The notes: a model not told the origin generated them from the letters alone. Counted from the stretch's first letter, positions 22,077 to 30,706 are shown. The stretch: DNA of 64,000 nt from Candidatus Aceula meridiana (GCA_030765185.1 JAVCDE010000031.1:4650-68649); one strand, 5' to 3'. A program made the numbers and translations.

Positions 22077-23423
22077 TTATTCGGTTGTAAAAACCTGGAA
22101 CCCTTTGTAAGATTCCATTCCATGCAAACTAATGTCAAGCCCCTTAAGTTCTTCTTCACGAGTAACCCTTAGGCCTTTGGTAATTTTTGCAATAACCGTA
22201 AAAATAATAAACATCATAGCCGCAACAAACGCAACGGCAGCCAACAGGCCAGCCGCTTGAATACCAAGCTGTTTAAATCCTCCGCCATGCAAAAGCCCAT
22301 CGTTAGCAAGGCCCAATGCTTTGTGGCCAAAAATCCCAACAGCCAAAGTTCCCCAAGAACCGTTCATTAAGTGAACCGGCACAGCGCCAACAGGGTCATC
22401 AACGCCGACCTTGTCTAAAAAAATCGTTCCAAGAACAACAATAATCCCAGCGATAGCTCCTATAATCAGCGCTTCGCTTGGCATAATAAATCTACAAGGT
22501 GCTGTAACAGCAACTAATCCAGCCAAAGCGCCATTCATTGTCATAGTTAAATCTGGCTTACCAAACAATTTCCAAGCAAAAAACATAGCAACTAATCCCC
22601 CTGAAACAGCAGATAAATTTGTTGTCATGGCCACGTGAGCAATAGCACTTCCATCGCCAACACTTAAGGTCGATCCTGGATTGAAACCAAACCAAGCAAA
22701 CCAAAGAATAAGCGCTCCCAAGGAAGCCAAGGGCATGGAATGGCCTTCGACCGCGTTCGCTGAGCCATCTTTGTTAAACTTTCCGATGCGGGGCCCAAGC
22801 ATCATGGTTCCAACAAGAGCTGCTGTTCCACCAACCGCATGAACAACAGTCGATCCTGCAAAATCAGCAAACCCAAGATTGGCTAACCATCCACCGCCCC
22901 AAATCCAATGTCCGACGATAGGATAAACTGTAGCTGAAATTAAAAATGAATACATCAAATAAGCTTGAAATTTCATGCGTTCGGCAACACCACCGGCAAC
23001 GATTGTGGCTGCCGCACCACAAAAAACAGCATGAAAAAACCACTCTGCATATAAAGGAATATGAGCGCCGGGTTCGATGTTATTTAAAAACCACCCGCTG
23101 AAGCCCATAAAACCATTTCCGACGCCAAACATAATAGCATACCCAAAAATAAAGAACCCAACGGATGCCATACAAAAATCTAAAAAGTTGCACATCAAAA
23201 CGTTGCACGTATTCTTTGTCCGAATAAGCCCTGCTTCAAGCATGCCGAATCCTGCCTGCATAATAAAAACCATAAAAGCAGCAATCATAACCCAAAGGGT
23301 ATCAACACCGACTTTTGACGCAAACACTACTTCTTCCTGCGCGTATACTACTGCTGGGCAAACCAAAAGAAAAGCCAGGATAAGGGCTTTTTTTCTTAAG
23401 ATGTTTTTCAAAAATGTCATCAT
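22077..23423 (-). CDS. amt: Ammonium transporter (Amt family) with signal peptide.
   Basis: 448 aa, 11 TM segments, Amt signature regions, and a glnK partner downstream. Confidence 0.9.
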   Translation of the reverse strand: MMTFLKNILRKKALILAFLLVCPAVVYAQEEVVFASKVGVDTLWVMIAAFMVFIMQAGFGMLEAGLIRTKNTCNVLMCNFLDFCMASVGFFIFGYAIMFGVGNGFMGFSGWFLNNIEPGAHIPLYAEWFFHAVFCGAAATIVAGGVAERMKFQAYLMYSFLISATVYPIVGHWIWGGGWLANLGFADFAGSTVVHAVGGTAALVGTMMLGPRIGKFNKDGSANAVEGHSMPLASLGALILWFAWFGFNPGSTLSVGDGSAIAHVAMTTNLSAVSGGLVAMFFAWKLFGKPDLTMTMNGALAGLVAVTAPCRFIMPSEALIIGAIAGIIVVLGTIFLDKVGVDDPVGAVPVHLMNGSWGTLAVGIFGHKALGLANDGLLHGGGFKQLGIQAAGLLAAVAFVAAMMFIIFTVIAKITKGLRVTREEELKGLDISLHGMESYKGFQVFTTE

Positions 23424-23462
23424 TTTCTCCTTTTTGTTATATCCTTTTTCTTTTTAGCCTCT

Positions 23463-23510
23463 AAAACAAAAAAGAGGTCTAAACAGTCACCGCTGACCAT
23501 TTTGGACCTC
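23463..23510 (-). terminator. Leader intrinsic terminator/attenuator upstream of amt.
   Basis: Minus-strand RNA reads GAGGUC-(26-nt loop with inner GUCA-GCGG-UGAC hairpin)-GACCUC followed by UUUUUUGUUUU. It lies between the predicted promoter and the amt start. Confidence 0.45.
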
Positions 23511-23624
23511 ATTGCCCAGAAATCGCGTGGTTATAAAAAATCCCCAAAAAACTACCGCCGAGAAGACGTAATTTCTTGAGGACTTCATTGTCCAACAGTA
23601 GACGCCATTGCCTACTTTTTAAGC

Positions 23625-23652
23625 AGTATACAATAAAAAAATTTTTTGTCAA
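23625..23652 (-). promoter_or_regulatory. Sigma70-like promoter for amt (TTGACA-16-TATACT).
   Basis: Hexamers read on the minus strand: -35 at 23647-23652 and -10 at 23625-23630, with a 16-nt spacer. Confidence 0.45.
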
Positions 23653-23693
23653 TACCCCTTTTTCAACAAAATTCCTTTTTTTGTTTTGGCTAG

Positions 23694-23722
23694 GAAGGGC
23701 GGCTTTTTAAAAGCCGCCCTTC
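23694..23722 (-). terminator. GC-rich hairpin GAAGGGCGGC-loop-GCCGCCCTTC downstream of the upstream glnK (probable terminator; atypical U-tract).
   Basis: Perfect 10-bp inverted repeat 3 nt after the glnK stop. The T-run lies on the other flank. Confidence 0.4.
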
Positions 23723-23742
23723 TTTCTTCTTTTAAAAAACCC

Positions 23743-24084
23743 TTACCCTATCGCTTTGTTTCCAGTCTCACCCGTACGGATCCGAATGCACTGAGGCAAA
23801 TCTAAAACGAAAATTTTTCCGTCTCCAATGTTGCCAGTTTTAGCACCTTTGGCAATCGCCTTAATAGTCAGGTCAACAAACTCTTCATTCACCGCAATTT
23901 CAAGTCTCACTTTCTTTAAAAGATTGACCTGATGAACAACGCCACGGTAAGTTTCGCTAAACCCTTTTTGTTGTCCACATCCCAAAACATTAGTCACTGT
24001 CATTTTATGAACATCCGCCGCAAACAATGCTTTTTTGACATCAGGCAACTTATGCGGTTGAATCATCGCAATAATCAATTTCAT
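23743..24084 (-). CDS. glnK: Nitrogen regulatory protein P-II (second copy, ~85% identical to the first).
   Basis: 112 aa starting [13 protein letters not shown]. Confidence 0.9.
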   Translation of the reverse strand: MKLIIAMIQPHKLPDVKKALFAADVHKMTVTNVLGCGQQKGFSETYRGVVHQVNLLKKVRLEIAVNEEFVDLTIKAIAKGAKTGNIGDGKIFVLDLPQCIRIRTGETGNKAIG

Positions 24085-24158
24085 AATCTTCCTCCTCCTT
24101 TAAATGAGCGTATAATTTAAGCGACTGCAAAAAGCGTAAATTATCTACGCGAAGTTAT

Positions 24159-24180
24159 CCCGCACATAAAACGTGTCGGG
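24159..24180 (-). repeat. Bulged GC hairpin motif, copy 2 (CCCGCACAT-aaa-ACGTGTCGGG).
   Basis: It occupies the same position after the second amt stop. The ~100-bp amt-glnK intergenic segment is ~88% identical to the first. Confidence 0.5.
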
Positions 24181-24192
24181 ATAGTCTATATT

Positions 24193-25584
24193 TTATTCGG
24201 TTGAAAAGATCTGGAATCCCGCATAAGCTTCCATCCCATGCTCTTCAATATCAAGACCCCGAAGCTCTTCATTCCCGCTGACGCGAAGACCAATCGTTTT
24301 CTTAATAATATAAAACAAAGCAAACCCTGTTATTAAACACCAGACAAAAACAGCCCCTACGCCTGCTAGCTGAGCTAACAACAATTTAGCCCCGCCTCCA
24401 AAAAAGAGGCCGTTTCCTGTTGTCCCCGGAGCAAAAATGTCTTGAGCAAAAAGCCCTACAGAAATAGTTCCCCAGGCACCGCAAACACCATGAACAGAAA
24501 CAGCACCAACAGGATCATCGATGCGAAGAACCTTATCTACAAAAACAACCGCAAAAACAACTAAAACTCCAGCAACAGATCCAATAATAACCGCGCTTCC
24601 GGCAGAAACAAAAGCACACGGCGCTGTAATGCCGACTAATCCAGCTAAGGCCCCATTAAGCGCCATCGAAAGGTCTGGCTTTCCAAAAAGTTTCCACGAA
24701 ACCAGCATGGCAGCACAAGCTCCGGCTGCTGCAGCCAAATTAGTTGTTACAGCAATATGGCCGATATCTAAAACTGCTCCCATTGTACTTCCAGGATTAA
24801 ACCCAAACCATCCAAACCAAAGGATAAAAACACCTAAAGCAGCTAAAGGAAGGTTGTGTCCCGGAATAGCATTTGAGCTTCCGTCCGGATTATATTTTCC
24901 GATCCTAGGCCCAAGCATAATAGCGCCCGTTAAAGCAACCCAAGCACCGGTAGAGTGGACAACCGTAGAACCTGCAAAATCCCAAAATCCAAGATTAGCA
25001 AGCCAGCCACCGCCCCAAATCCAATGACCAACAACCGGATAAATAAGGGCTGTCACCACAACGCTAAACGCAAGGTATCCTATAAACTTCGTACGTTCGG
25101 CCATAGCTCCAGAGACAATGGTCGCTGCCGTAGCCGCAAAAACAAGCTGGAAAAAATATTTTGCTTCTAACGGAATAGTTGACCAAGCTAAAGAATCAAA
25201 CGTTCCTCCTAAATCTTTAAGAAAGAACCCGCTTGTTCCAAAGAGCGCATTTCCTGCGCCAAACATAATTCCGAATCCGATAGCCCAATAGATAATCGTT
25301 CCTACAGAAAAATCCATCAGATTTTTCATCAAGATATTACAAGCATTCTTAGCCCTAGTAAACCCTGTCTCAACAAGGGCAAATCCGGCCTGCATAAGCA
25401 TAACCAAGAAAGCCGCAAGAATGGTCCAAACAGTATCCAGGATCACTTTGTTTTCTTGAATAAGCTCCGCATTGTCAGCTATGCTCGATGCGTCTTGCGC
25501 AAACACCGGGCCTGCAAGCCCTAAACACCCAATAACAAAAAGTGCCAGAGCCTTAGGCCATATTCTTTTTAATTCTTTAAACAT
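24193..25584 (-). CDS. amt: Ammonium transporter (Amt family), second, more divergent copy.
   Basis: 463 aa with a signal peptide and Amt TM topology. Confidence 0.9.
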   Translation of the reverse strand: MFKELKRIWPKALALFVIGCLGLAGPVFAQDASSIADNAELIQENKVILDTVWTILAAFLVMLMQAGFALVETGFTRAKNACNILMKNLMDFSVGTIIYWAIGFGIMFGAGNALFGTSGFFLKDLGGTFDSLAWSTIPLEAKYFFQLVFAATAATIVSGAMAERTKFIGYLAFSVVVTALIYPVVGHWIWGGGWLANLGFWDFAGSTVVHSTGAWVALTGAIMLGPRIGKYNPDGSSNAIPGHNLPLAALGVFILWFGWFGFNPGSTMGAVLDIGHIAVTTNLAAAAGACAAMLVSWKLFGKPDLSMALNGALAGLVGITAPCAFVSAGSAVIIGSVAGVLVVFAVVFVDKVLRIDDPVGAVSVHGVCGAWGTISVGLFAQDIFAPGTTGNGLFFGGGAKLLLAQLAGVGAVFVWCLITGFALFYIIKKTIGLRVSGNEELRGLDIEEHGMEAYAGFQIFSTE

Positions 25585-25612
25585 TTTCTCCCCCTTTCTT
25601 TTTAAGTAAGCT

Positions 25613-26410
25613 TTAAAACTCAGCGCTAAAGCCTACGCCCCAAAAAAATTCATTTTCATGAGCCCCGTCACCTTCATCTTTAACATCCCCAAATGGCATG
25701 CTATAGTTGATGCTGGGAGCCATGCTTAAAAACTTTGTAAGAGGAATCGTTACTCCTCCACTTAAAGCAACATCTCCGCCTTCTCCCTTAATAAAGAGCT
25801 TGCGGTTATAACCAACATGTCCGCCTAAATCTAAGGTAATCCCATAAGAAGGAACAAGGTCAAGACTGTGGCTTAAATCCAGAACTAAGTAATCTCCCTT
25901 ACCTCCGCCTTGGCTTTCCCGGCTATAATCATGGTACCATGTAAGCGACGGCGCTAAAAAAGTATCATAGGAAAAACCTAAAACAGCCTCTTTGCTGAAA
26001 GTTCCTGCATCAGGAAAATCATAATAAACATGGCCAACGGTAACGCTGAAGGTTTCTAAATCTTTATCAAAAAGATTGAGATTCTCAAAGTCGTATGTAT
26101 ACGTCAGCGATGTATCCATTTCAGAAGAAGCCCTACCATCGGCTGCATCAATATCAAAATTTGACCAGACACCTAACTCAAAGCCATAAGCACCAATGGT
26201 GAAACCAGGCTGTATAACAAAATCGTTATCAAGCTTCATTCCGCGCCAAATGTATTTTGAATAAAGGTCTGTGGTAGCACTAATATCAACATTGATATTC
26301 TTTTCCCCTAAGAAATTTCCAATAACCGTTTTTGGCTCTTCTTGAGCCATAGAAATCCCTGCCGTTAAAACAAACATTGTTCCTACAACTGCTGTGAAAA
26401 ATCTTCTCAT
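25613..26410 (-). CDS. Putative outer-membrane beta-barrel protein (porin-like), first gene of the amt-glnK unit.
   Basis: Signal peptide ending AQEE, alternating amphipathic strands, and a C-terminal aromatic residue (SAEF). A 28-bp gap separates it from amt. Confidence 0.5.
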   Translation of the reverse strand: MRRFFTAVVGTMFVLTAGISMAQEEPKTVIGNFLGEKNINVDISATTDLYSKYIWRGMKLDNDFVIQPGFTIGAYGFELGVWSNFDIDAADGRASSEMDTSLTYTYDFENLNLFDKDLETFSVTVGHVYYDFPDAGTFSKEAVLGFSYDTFLAPSLTWYHDYSRESQGGGKGDYLVLDLSHSLDLVPSYGITLDLGGHVGYNRKLFIKGEGGDVALSGGVTIPLTKFLSMAPSINYSMPFGDVKDEGDGAHENEFFWGVGFSAEF

Positions 26411-26469
26411 CTCAACTTCTCCTCTTTTAATTGTTTAACATCTTTTTCTTTACCAAAAAGAAAAGCCCC

Positions 26470-26640
26470 CTTCTTAAAAAGTCATCAACGACTTTAAAAA
26501 GAGGACTTCTTCGCCCACCTTAGGGACCCTTAAACCACAAAAACCCGACGGATCAATCATTGATCGGTCGAGCCTCTTTGCCCAGAAAATAAAAAACCTC
26601 TTAACCCTTCACCGGATTAAGAGGACTTCTTCGCCCATCT
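26470..26640 (-). promoter_or_regulatory. Leader with three consecutive terminator-like hairpins (26587-26624, 26535-26570, 26473-26495) and two copies of the direct repeat GGGCGAAGAAGUCCUCUU. Candidate ANTAR-responsive attenuators.
   Basis: T1 is an 11-bp stem with a GGUGAA loop followed by UUUUUUAUUUU. T2 is AAAGUC-GUUGAU-GACUUU plus a U-run. The middle hairpin is CGACCGAUC..GAUCCGUCG plus GGUUUUUGUGG. Each direct repeat can form GGGC-GAAGAA-GUCC overlapping the terminator base. Confidence 0.5.
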
Positions 26641-26649
26641 GTTACTTTA

Positions 26650-26677
26650 AATATACAACATTTTAGAAATTTGTCAA
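26650..26677 (-). promoter_or_regulatory. Sigma70-like promoter (TTGACA-16-TATATT) directly after the GAF-ANTAR stop, reading into the attenuator leader.
   Basis: -35 at 26672-26677 and -10 at 26650-26655 on the minus strand. Confidence 0.45.
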
Positions 26678-26687
26678 GGGCCTTTTT

Positions 26688-27929
26688 TTACTTTCTTTGA
26701 AAATCAGACATTAAAAGAATTGACTCAGCAACTTCTTTCATCGTCTTGCATGAATCCATACTTTTTTTATGAATCATTTTATAGGCCTGATTTTCATCCA
26801 AGCTATTCATGCGCATCAAAATGCCCTTAGCTCGTTCCACAAGTTTACGCGTTTCAAGGGCTTCTTTGGCCTTAACTGTCTCATCGACAAGCTTTGTGTT
26901 TTCAACCGCAATAGCAGCCTGATTTGAGACCATTTGAAGAACATTTATCTCCTCTTGTGAAAAGCTATGTGGCTTTTTAGTATAAATATTAATAACGCCA
27001 ACAATGCGGTCCTTAACAATCATTGGCACTGAAAGCATAGAGCTTAAGCCCTCTTTTATGGCCAAATCCCGATAAGCATATTTTTCCTCTATCCTAACAT
27101 CGAAATACATTTTAGCCTTGCGTGCTTTTACAGCTTCACCGCTTAAACTTTTTTCTACCTTGATGTCAGATTTTTTCTTATAATCTTGACTTAAAGATTG
27201 TGTCGCTTTAATAGAAAGCTCATTTTTCTTTTCATCTAAAAGCATAATCGAGCAAATCTTGGAATCCAGCATCTCAGCTGTCACGACCACAATAAGATTT
27301 AAAATCTCATCCAAATAGCTCTCAGAAGTAATCGACTGACTCACTTTAATGAGTTTATCAAACTGGTTTGCCTTTTTTTTCGTTTCCTCATAGAGCCTGG
27401 CGTTTTCGATAACACCGCTGACTTGCTTTGAAATGGTTGTCAAAAGATTAATTGTCGCATTGGGAGTCGAATGTACTTTTTTATACTGAATATTGATAAC
27501 GCCGCTTGTCCTTCCCTTATATATAATCGGGACAGACACAAAAGCTTCATATCTGTCTTCAGGCAAGACATCGAACCCTTTAAAACGCTTATCTTTATAA
27601 GCGTTTTGCTTAATATTGACAACTTTGCTTTCTTTGGCAACCCAACCAGTAATGCCCTCTCCGGCTCGCAGGCTAATTTTCCCAAGTTCTTGTTTGTGAG
27701 GAATTTTTGAAGCCAAAAGGATTAAATTTTTTCGGCTCTCATCAAAAAGATAAATAAAAACGGAGTCTGCTTTAGTAGCTACGCTAACAATATTAACAAC
27801 TTCCTTTAAAATCGGGGCAAGGTCTAAGTCTGAAGAAACAAGATCGACAATTTTTCGTAAAATCTCCACTTCTTGGGCTTGACTACGCAATTTAGCGGAT
27901 GTCTTTGTTTTTACAACTTGCTTAGGCAT
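26688..27929 (-). CDS. GAF-GAF-ANTAR RNA-binding antitermination regulator.
   Basis: Two ~150-aa GAF-like repeats. The C-terminus LVERAKGILMRMNSLDENQAYKMIHKKSMDSCKTMKEVAESIL matches the ANTAR domain (AmiR/NasR/EutV family). Confidence 0.75.
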   Translation of the reverse strand: MPKQVVKTKTSAKLRSQAQEVEILRKIVDLVSSDLDLAPILKEVVNIVSVATKADSVFIYLFDESRKNLILLASKIPHKQELGKISLRAGEGITGWVAKESKVVNIKQNAYKDKRFKGFDVLPEDRYEAFVSVPIIYKGRTSGVINIQYKKVHSTPNATINLLTTISKQVSGVIENARLYEETKKKANQFDKLIKVSQSITSESYLDEILNLIVVVTAEMLDSKICSIMLLDEKKNELSIKATQSLSQDYKKKSDIKVEKSLSGEAVKARKAKMYFDVRIEEKYAYRDLAIKEGLSSMLSVPMIVKDRIVGVINIYTKKPHSFSQEEINVLQMVSNQAAIAVENTKLVDETVKAKEALETRKLVERAKGILMRMNSLDENQAYKMIHKKSMDSCKTMKEVAESILLMSDFQRK

Positions 27930-28027
27930 GTCTTCTCCTTAATAAATATAGAGTGTATTCTATCATAAAATTTTAGGGAATAAAAATTTTTCTTCCCGCT
28001 CATTGCTTTTAGAGGTACAATGTTTTT

Positions 28028-28411
28028 ATGACATTCAAAGACGGTAAAAAAGAAATTCTCGTTATTGACGATGACCCGGTTCAAATTAAGCTTTTAGAAA
28101 AACGCCTACCGGAGAACGGATACGCTGTTCTAACGGCTACCAAAGCCGCTGAAGGGCTTCAAATGGCTATCGATAAACACCCTGACCTCATTGTTCTAGA
28201 TGTCATGATGCCTATCATCAACGGCTACAACCTTTGCCAACTTTTAAAAGCTGAAGAAAAACACAAAAATATCCCTGTGATTATGCTAACCTCACGTGAT
28301 AAAGAAAAGGATATTAAAATCGGCCATAATGTCGGTGCTGATGCTTACCTGATCAAACCCGTAGATGTGCCTATTTTGCTTCAGAAAATCGAAGAACTTC
28401 TAAGAAACTAA
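28028..28411 (+). CDS. Single-domain response regulator (CheY-like receiver).
   Basis: ILVIDDD...LIVLDVMMP...K motif set. Transcribed divergently from the ANTAR regulator. Confidence 0.85.
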   Translation: MTFKDGKKEILVIDDDPVQIKLLEKRLPENGYAVLTATKAAEGLQMAIDKHPDLIVLDVMMPIINGYNLCQLLKAEEKHKNIPVIMLTSRDKEKDIKIGHNVGADAYLIKPVDVPILLQKIEELLRN

Positions 28412-28434
28412 CGCTTCCCCCTTCAAGAACGAAA

Positions 28435-28917
28435 CTACTGAAAAACTTTTGCAATCCAAGAACCAACATAGTATGTCGCAATGACAACGACAGCCGCAAC
28501 AATAAGGTGCTCTAAAATCGCATGAACCGTCGAGGAGCCATCTTTTCTGGCAATATAGCAACTAAAAGAAGCAATAGCTAAAAATCCCGCGATTACGCTT
28601 AATCCCACAGCCATAGCAGTCGGTAAAAAAATCACAGGAAAAATAAAAAGCGAAGAAACAACAAGTTTTACAATAAACGTTGCTATCGTTGCCTCCCAGA
28701 TTTCGCGTGGAGTATGCTTTGCTTCTGCTTCTTCGGAGATATGAATTCCCAAAGCATCTGAAAGCGCATCCGCGATAGCAATGGTTAAGATGCCCCCAAT
28801 AACAACCGCCTTTGACCGTGTTCCTGCATAAAGCCCAACAATAAGCCCCAATGTTGTAATAATCCCTGAGGTTAGGCCAAAGCTAATTCCTGTTTCAAAA
28901 GAATGTTTGATTTTCAT
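28435..28917 (-). CDS. Small polytopic membrane protein, possibly VIT1/CCC1 family.
   Basis: Four to five TM helices. SFGLTSGIITTLGLIVG resembles the VIT-family glycine-rich helix. Weak assignment. Confidence 0.4.
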   Translation of the reverse strand: MKIKHSFETGISFGLTSGIITTLGLIVGLYAGTRSKAVVIGGILTIAIADALSDALGIHISEEAEAKHTPREIWEATIATFIVKLVVSSLFIFPVIFLPTAMAVGLSVIAGFLAIASFSCYIARKDGSSTVHAILEHLIVAAVVVIATYYVGSWIAKVFQ

Positions 28918-29444
28918 TTTCTATCAAAAAATGGGTTCTTCGATGTGGCACTTAACGGAATGGCATAAGCGACTTTGACCCCTTCGCCTAAAAGCCCTAA
29001 TTCCATGGCCGCAACCCCAGCGCTATAAATAACGCGGTTATCTAATCGGTTATCCGCTGCCACGCTGACGGCAGACCCAATAGCAATTCCTAAGTCTCCT
29101 GTATTAAAAACACACGGAATATTTTCTTCCTTGCCTTTTTCTTCACAATTCTTAAATCCACACATCCCGCACTTCTTAAGTCCTAAAGGCTTTATCTTGG
29201 TTCCTAGCAAAACCATGACCGGCGCATTTAAAATACTTTGAGAATCTCGCAAAAAAACACCGGCTTCATTTTGTTTTCCGATCTCTAGCATTTTTGCGGA
29301 GATCTTCTTAATATCATTTTCTTCGGCTAAGCAAAATGCAAACGTGTCAGCTCCTCTTCCTTTCGGAGCAGTCCGCGCGGCAATGATCATTCTTTTAGCA
29401 ATTTCTTTTAAGCTTTCATTCTTTATTTTATCTTCTGAAATCAT
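28914..29444 (-). CDS. Hypothetical protein with a CGMCGFKNC cysteine motif (possible metal/Fe-S binding), translationally coupled to the membrane protein.
   Basis: 176-aa ORF with a 4-nt overlap with the downstream gene. No confident family match. Confidence 0.4.
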   Translation of the reverse strand: MISEDKIKNESLKEIAKRMIIAARTAPKGRGADTFAFCLAEENDIKKISAKMLEIGKQNEAGVFLRDSQSILNAPVMVLLGTKIKPLGLKKCGMCGFKNCEEKGKEENIPCVFNTGDLGIAIGSAVSVAADNRLDNRVIYSAGVAAMELGLLGEGVKVAYAIPLSATSKNPFFDRK

Positions 29445-29578
29445 AAGACCCCCCGCTTGATGAAATCCCTCGTCCCTTTATTCCTCGGGATGATTAAGAC
29501 CGATAGAAAAAACCTCGCCCTTAATCAATTGCTTTTATCGTATCATAAGAAAAAACTCTTTTCTACCGAAAAGAGTGC

Positions 29579-30706
29579 GTGTACAATAAATCCGTTATGG
29601 ATAAGACCAACATTACAATTATTGGTGCAGGCGTCTGCGGACTGGCAACAAGCTATCTTGTTTCTAAAGAACAAAAAGATATTCTTGTCGTTGAAAAGAA
29701 TGACGCCTTTGGGCGCGAAACCTCTTCGCGCAACTCCGAAGTTATTCACGCCGGCATTTATTATCCTCCGGATTCTTTAAAAGCCGAAACATGCATCCGT
29801 GGCAAAGCCCTCCTTTATCAGCTTTGCAAAGAAAATAACATCACCCACAAACAGCTAGGAAAAATTCTTGTTGCCATCGATGATGAAGAATTTGAAAAGA
29901 TTAAAGAAATCAAAAATAATGCAGAAAAAAACGGCATTAAAAATCTTCGATTCTTAGACAATGGTGAACTTAAAAGCCTTGAGCCAAATATCAATGCAAA
30001 AGAAGCCCTCCTATGCCCGGACACCGGGATTATCGACTCCCATCAATTAATGAAATTCTTCCAGGATGAATCCAAAAAGAAAAATGTTGAATTTGCTTAT
30101 AATATCGAAGTTGTCGAAATTAAACAGGAGGAGTCAGGCTACACCGTTACCGTTAAAGAACCAGAAGGCGAACTTTTTTCGTTTCAGACAAAATATATTA
30201 TTAATGCTGCCGGGTTTGACTCTGATAAAGTTGCCCAAATGGTTGGCATTGATATTAAAAAGAATAATTATAAAATTCACTACAGTAAAGGACAATACTT
30301 CCGTATCAGTAACCCAAAAAAATTTGTAATTAATCACCTCATTTATCCGCCTCCAAGCAAAACCGATTTAGGAATTCATATTACACCGGATTTAGCAGGC
30401 GGCCTAAGACTTGGGCCTGACGCTCACTATGTTGCTGAAGTCGACTACCAAATCAATGAAAAGGATAAAGGAACTTTCCAAAAATCTGTTTCGCGATTTC
30501 TAAAAAATTTAAAAGAAGAAAATCTTACCCCCGACACCGTCGGTATCCGCGCGAAGCTTCAGGCGCCGGGTGAAGACTTTAGAGATTTTGTTATTAACGA
30601 GGAAAGCGATAAAGGGCTTAAGGGATTTATTAATATTTTAGGGATTGAATCGCCGGGCCTGACCGCCTGCCTGGCAATTGCAGAAAAGGTTAAAAAACTT
30701 CTATAA
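29579..30706 (+). CDS. FAD-dependent oxidoreductase (L-2-hydroxyglutarate oxidase/LhgO-like).
   Basis: N-terminal ITIIGAGVCGLA dinucleotide-binding motif, ~375 aa. Confidence 0.7.
   Translation: MYNKSVMDKTNITIIGAGVCGLATSYLVSKEQKDILVVEKNDAFGRETSSRNSEVIHAGIYYPPDSLKAETCIRGKALLYQLCKENNITHKQLGKILVAIDDEEFEKIKEIKNNAEKNGIKNLRFLDNGELKSLEPNINAKEALLCPDTGIIDSHQLMKFFQDESKKKNVEFAYNIEVVEIKQEESGYTVTVKEPEGELFSFQTKYIINAAGFDSDKVAQMVGIDIKKNNYKIHYSKGQYFRISNPKKFVINHLIYPPPSKTDLGIHITPDLAGGLRLGPDAHYVAEVDYQINEKDKGTFQKSVSRFLKNLKEENLTPDTVGIRAKLQAPGEDFRDFVINEESDKGLKGFINILGIESPGLTACLAIAEKVKKLL

Noticed and set aside
23694-23722. Calling the post-glnK hairpins canonical rho-independent terminators.
   Set aside because: On the transcribed strand the stems are not followed by a U-tract. 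They are kept as probable terminator or stability hairpins at reduced confidence.
24521-25027. 168-aa plus-strand ORF inside the second amt gene (Pro/Ala/Thr-rich). Similar antisense ORFs exist in the first amt (22411..22638, 23077..23457).
   Set aside because: These are antisense to conserved Amt transporters. GC-rich TM-coding DNA commonly yields long antisense frames.
16959-27929. Search for a glutamine (glnA-type) riboswitch upstream of amt, glnK, gltB and nadE.
   Set aside because: The gaps upstream of gltB and nadE are too short, and the amt leaders did not show the remembered conserved elements. The leaders instead fit a terminator/antiterminator layout.
29457-29780. 107-aa plus-strand ORF overlapping the start of the FAD oxidoreductase gene.
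   Set aside because: It overlaps a gene with a clean Rossmann N-terminus in another frame and has no features of its own.
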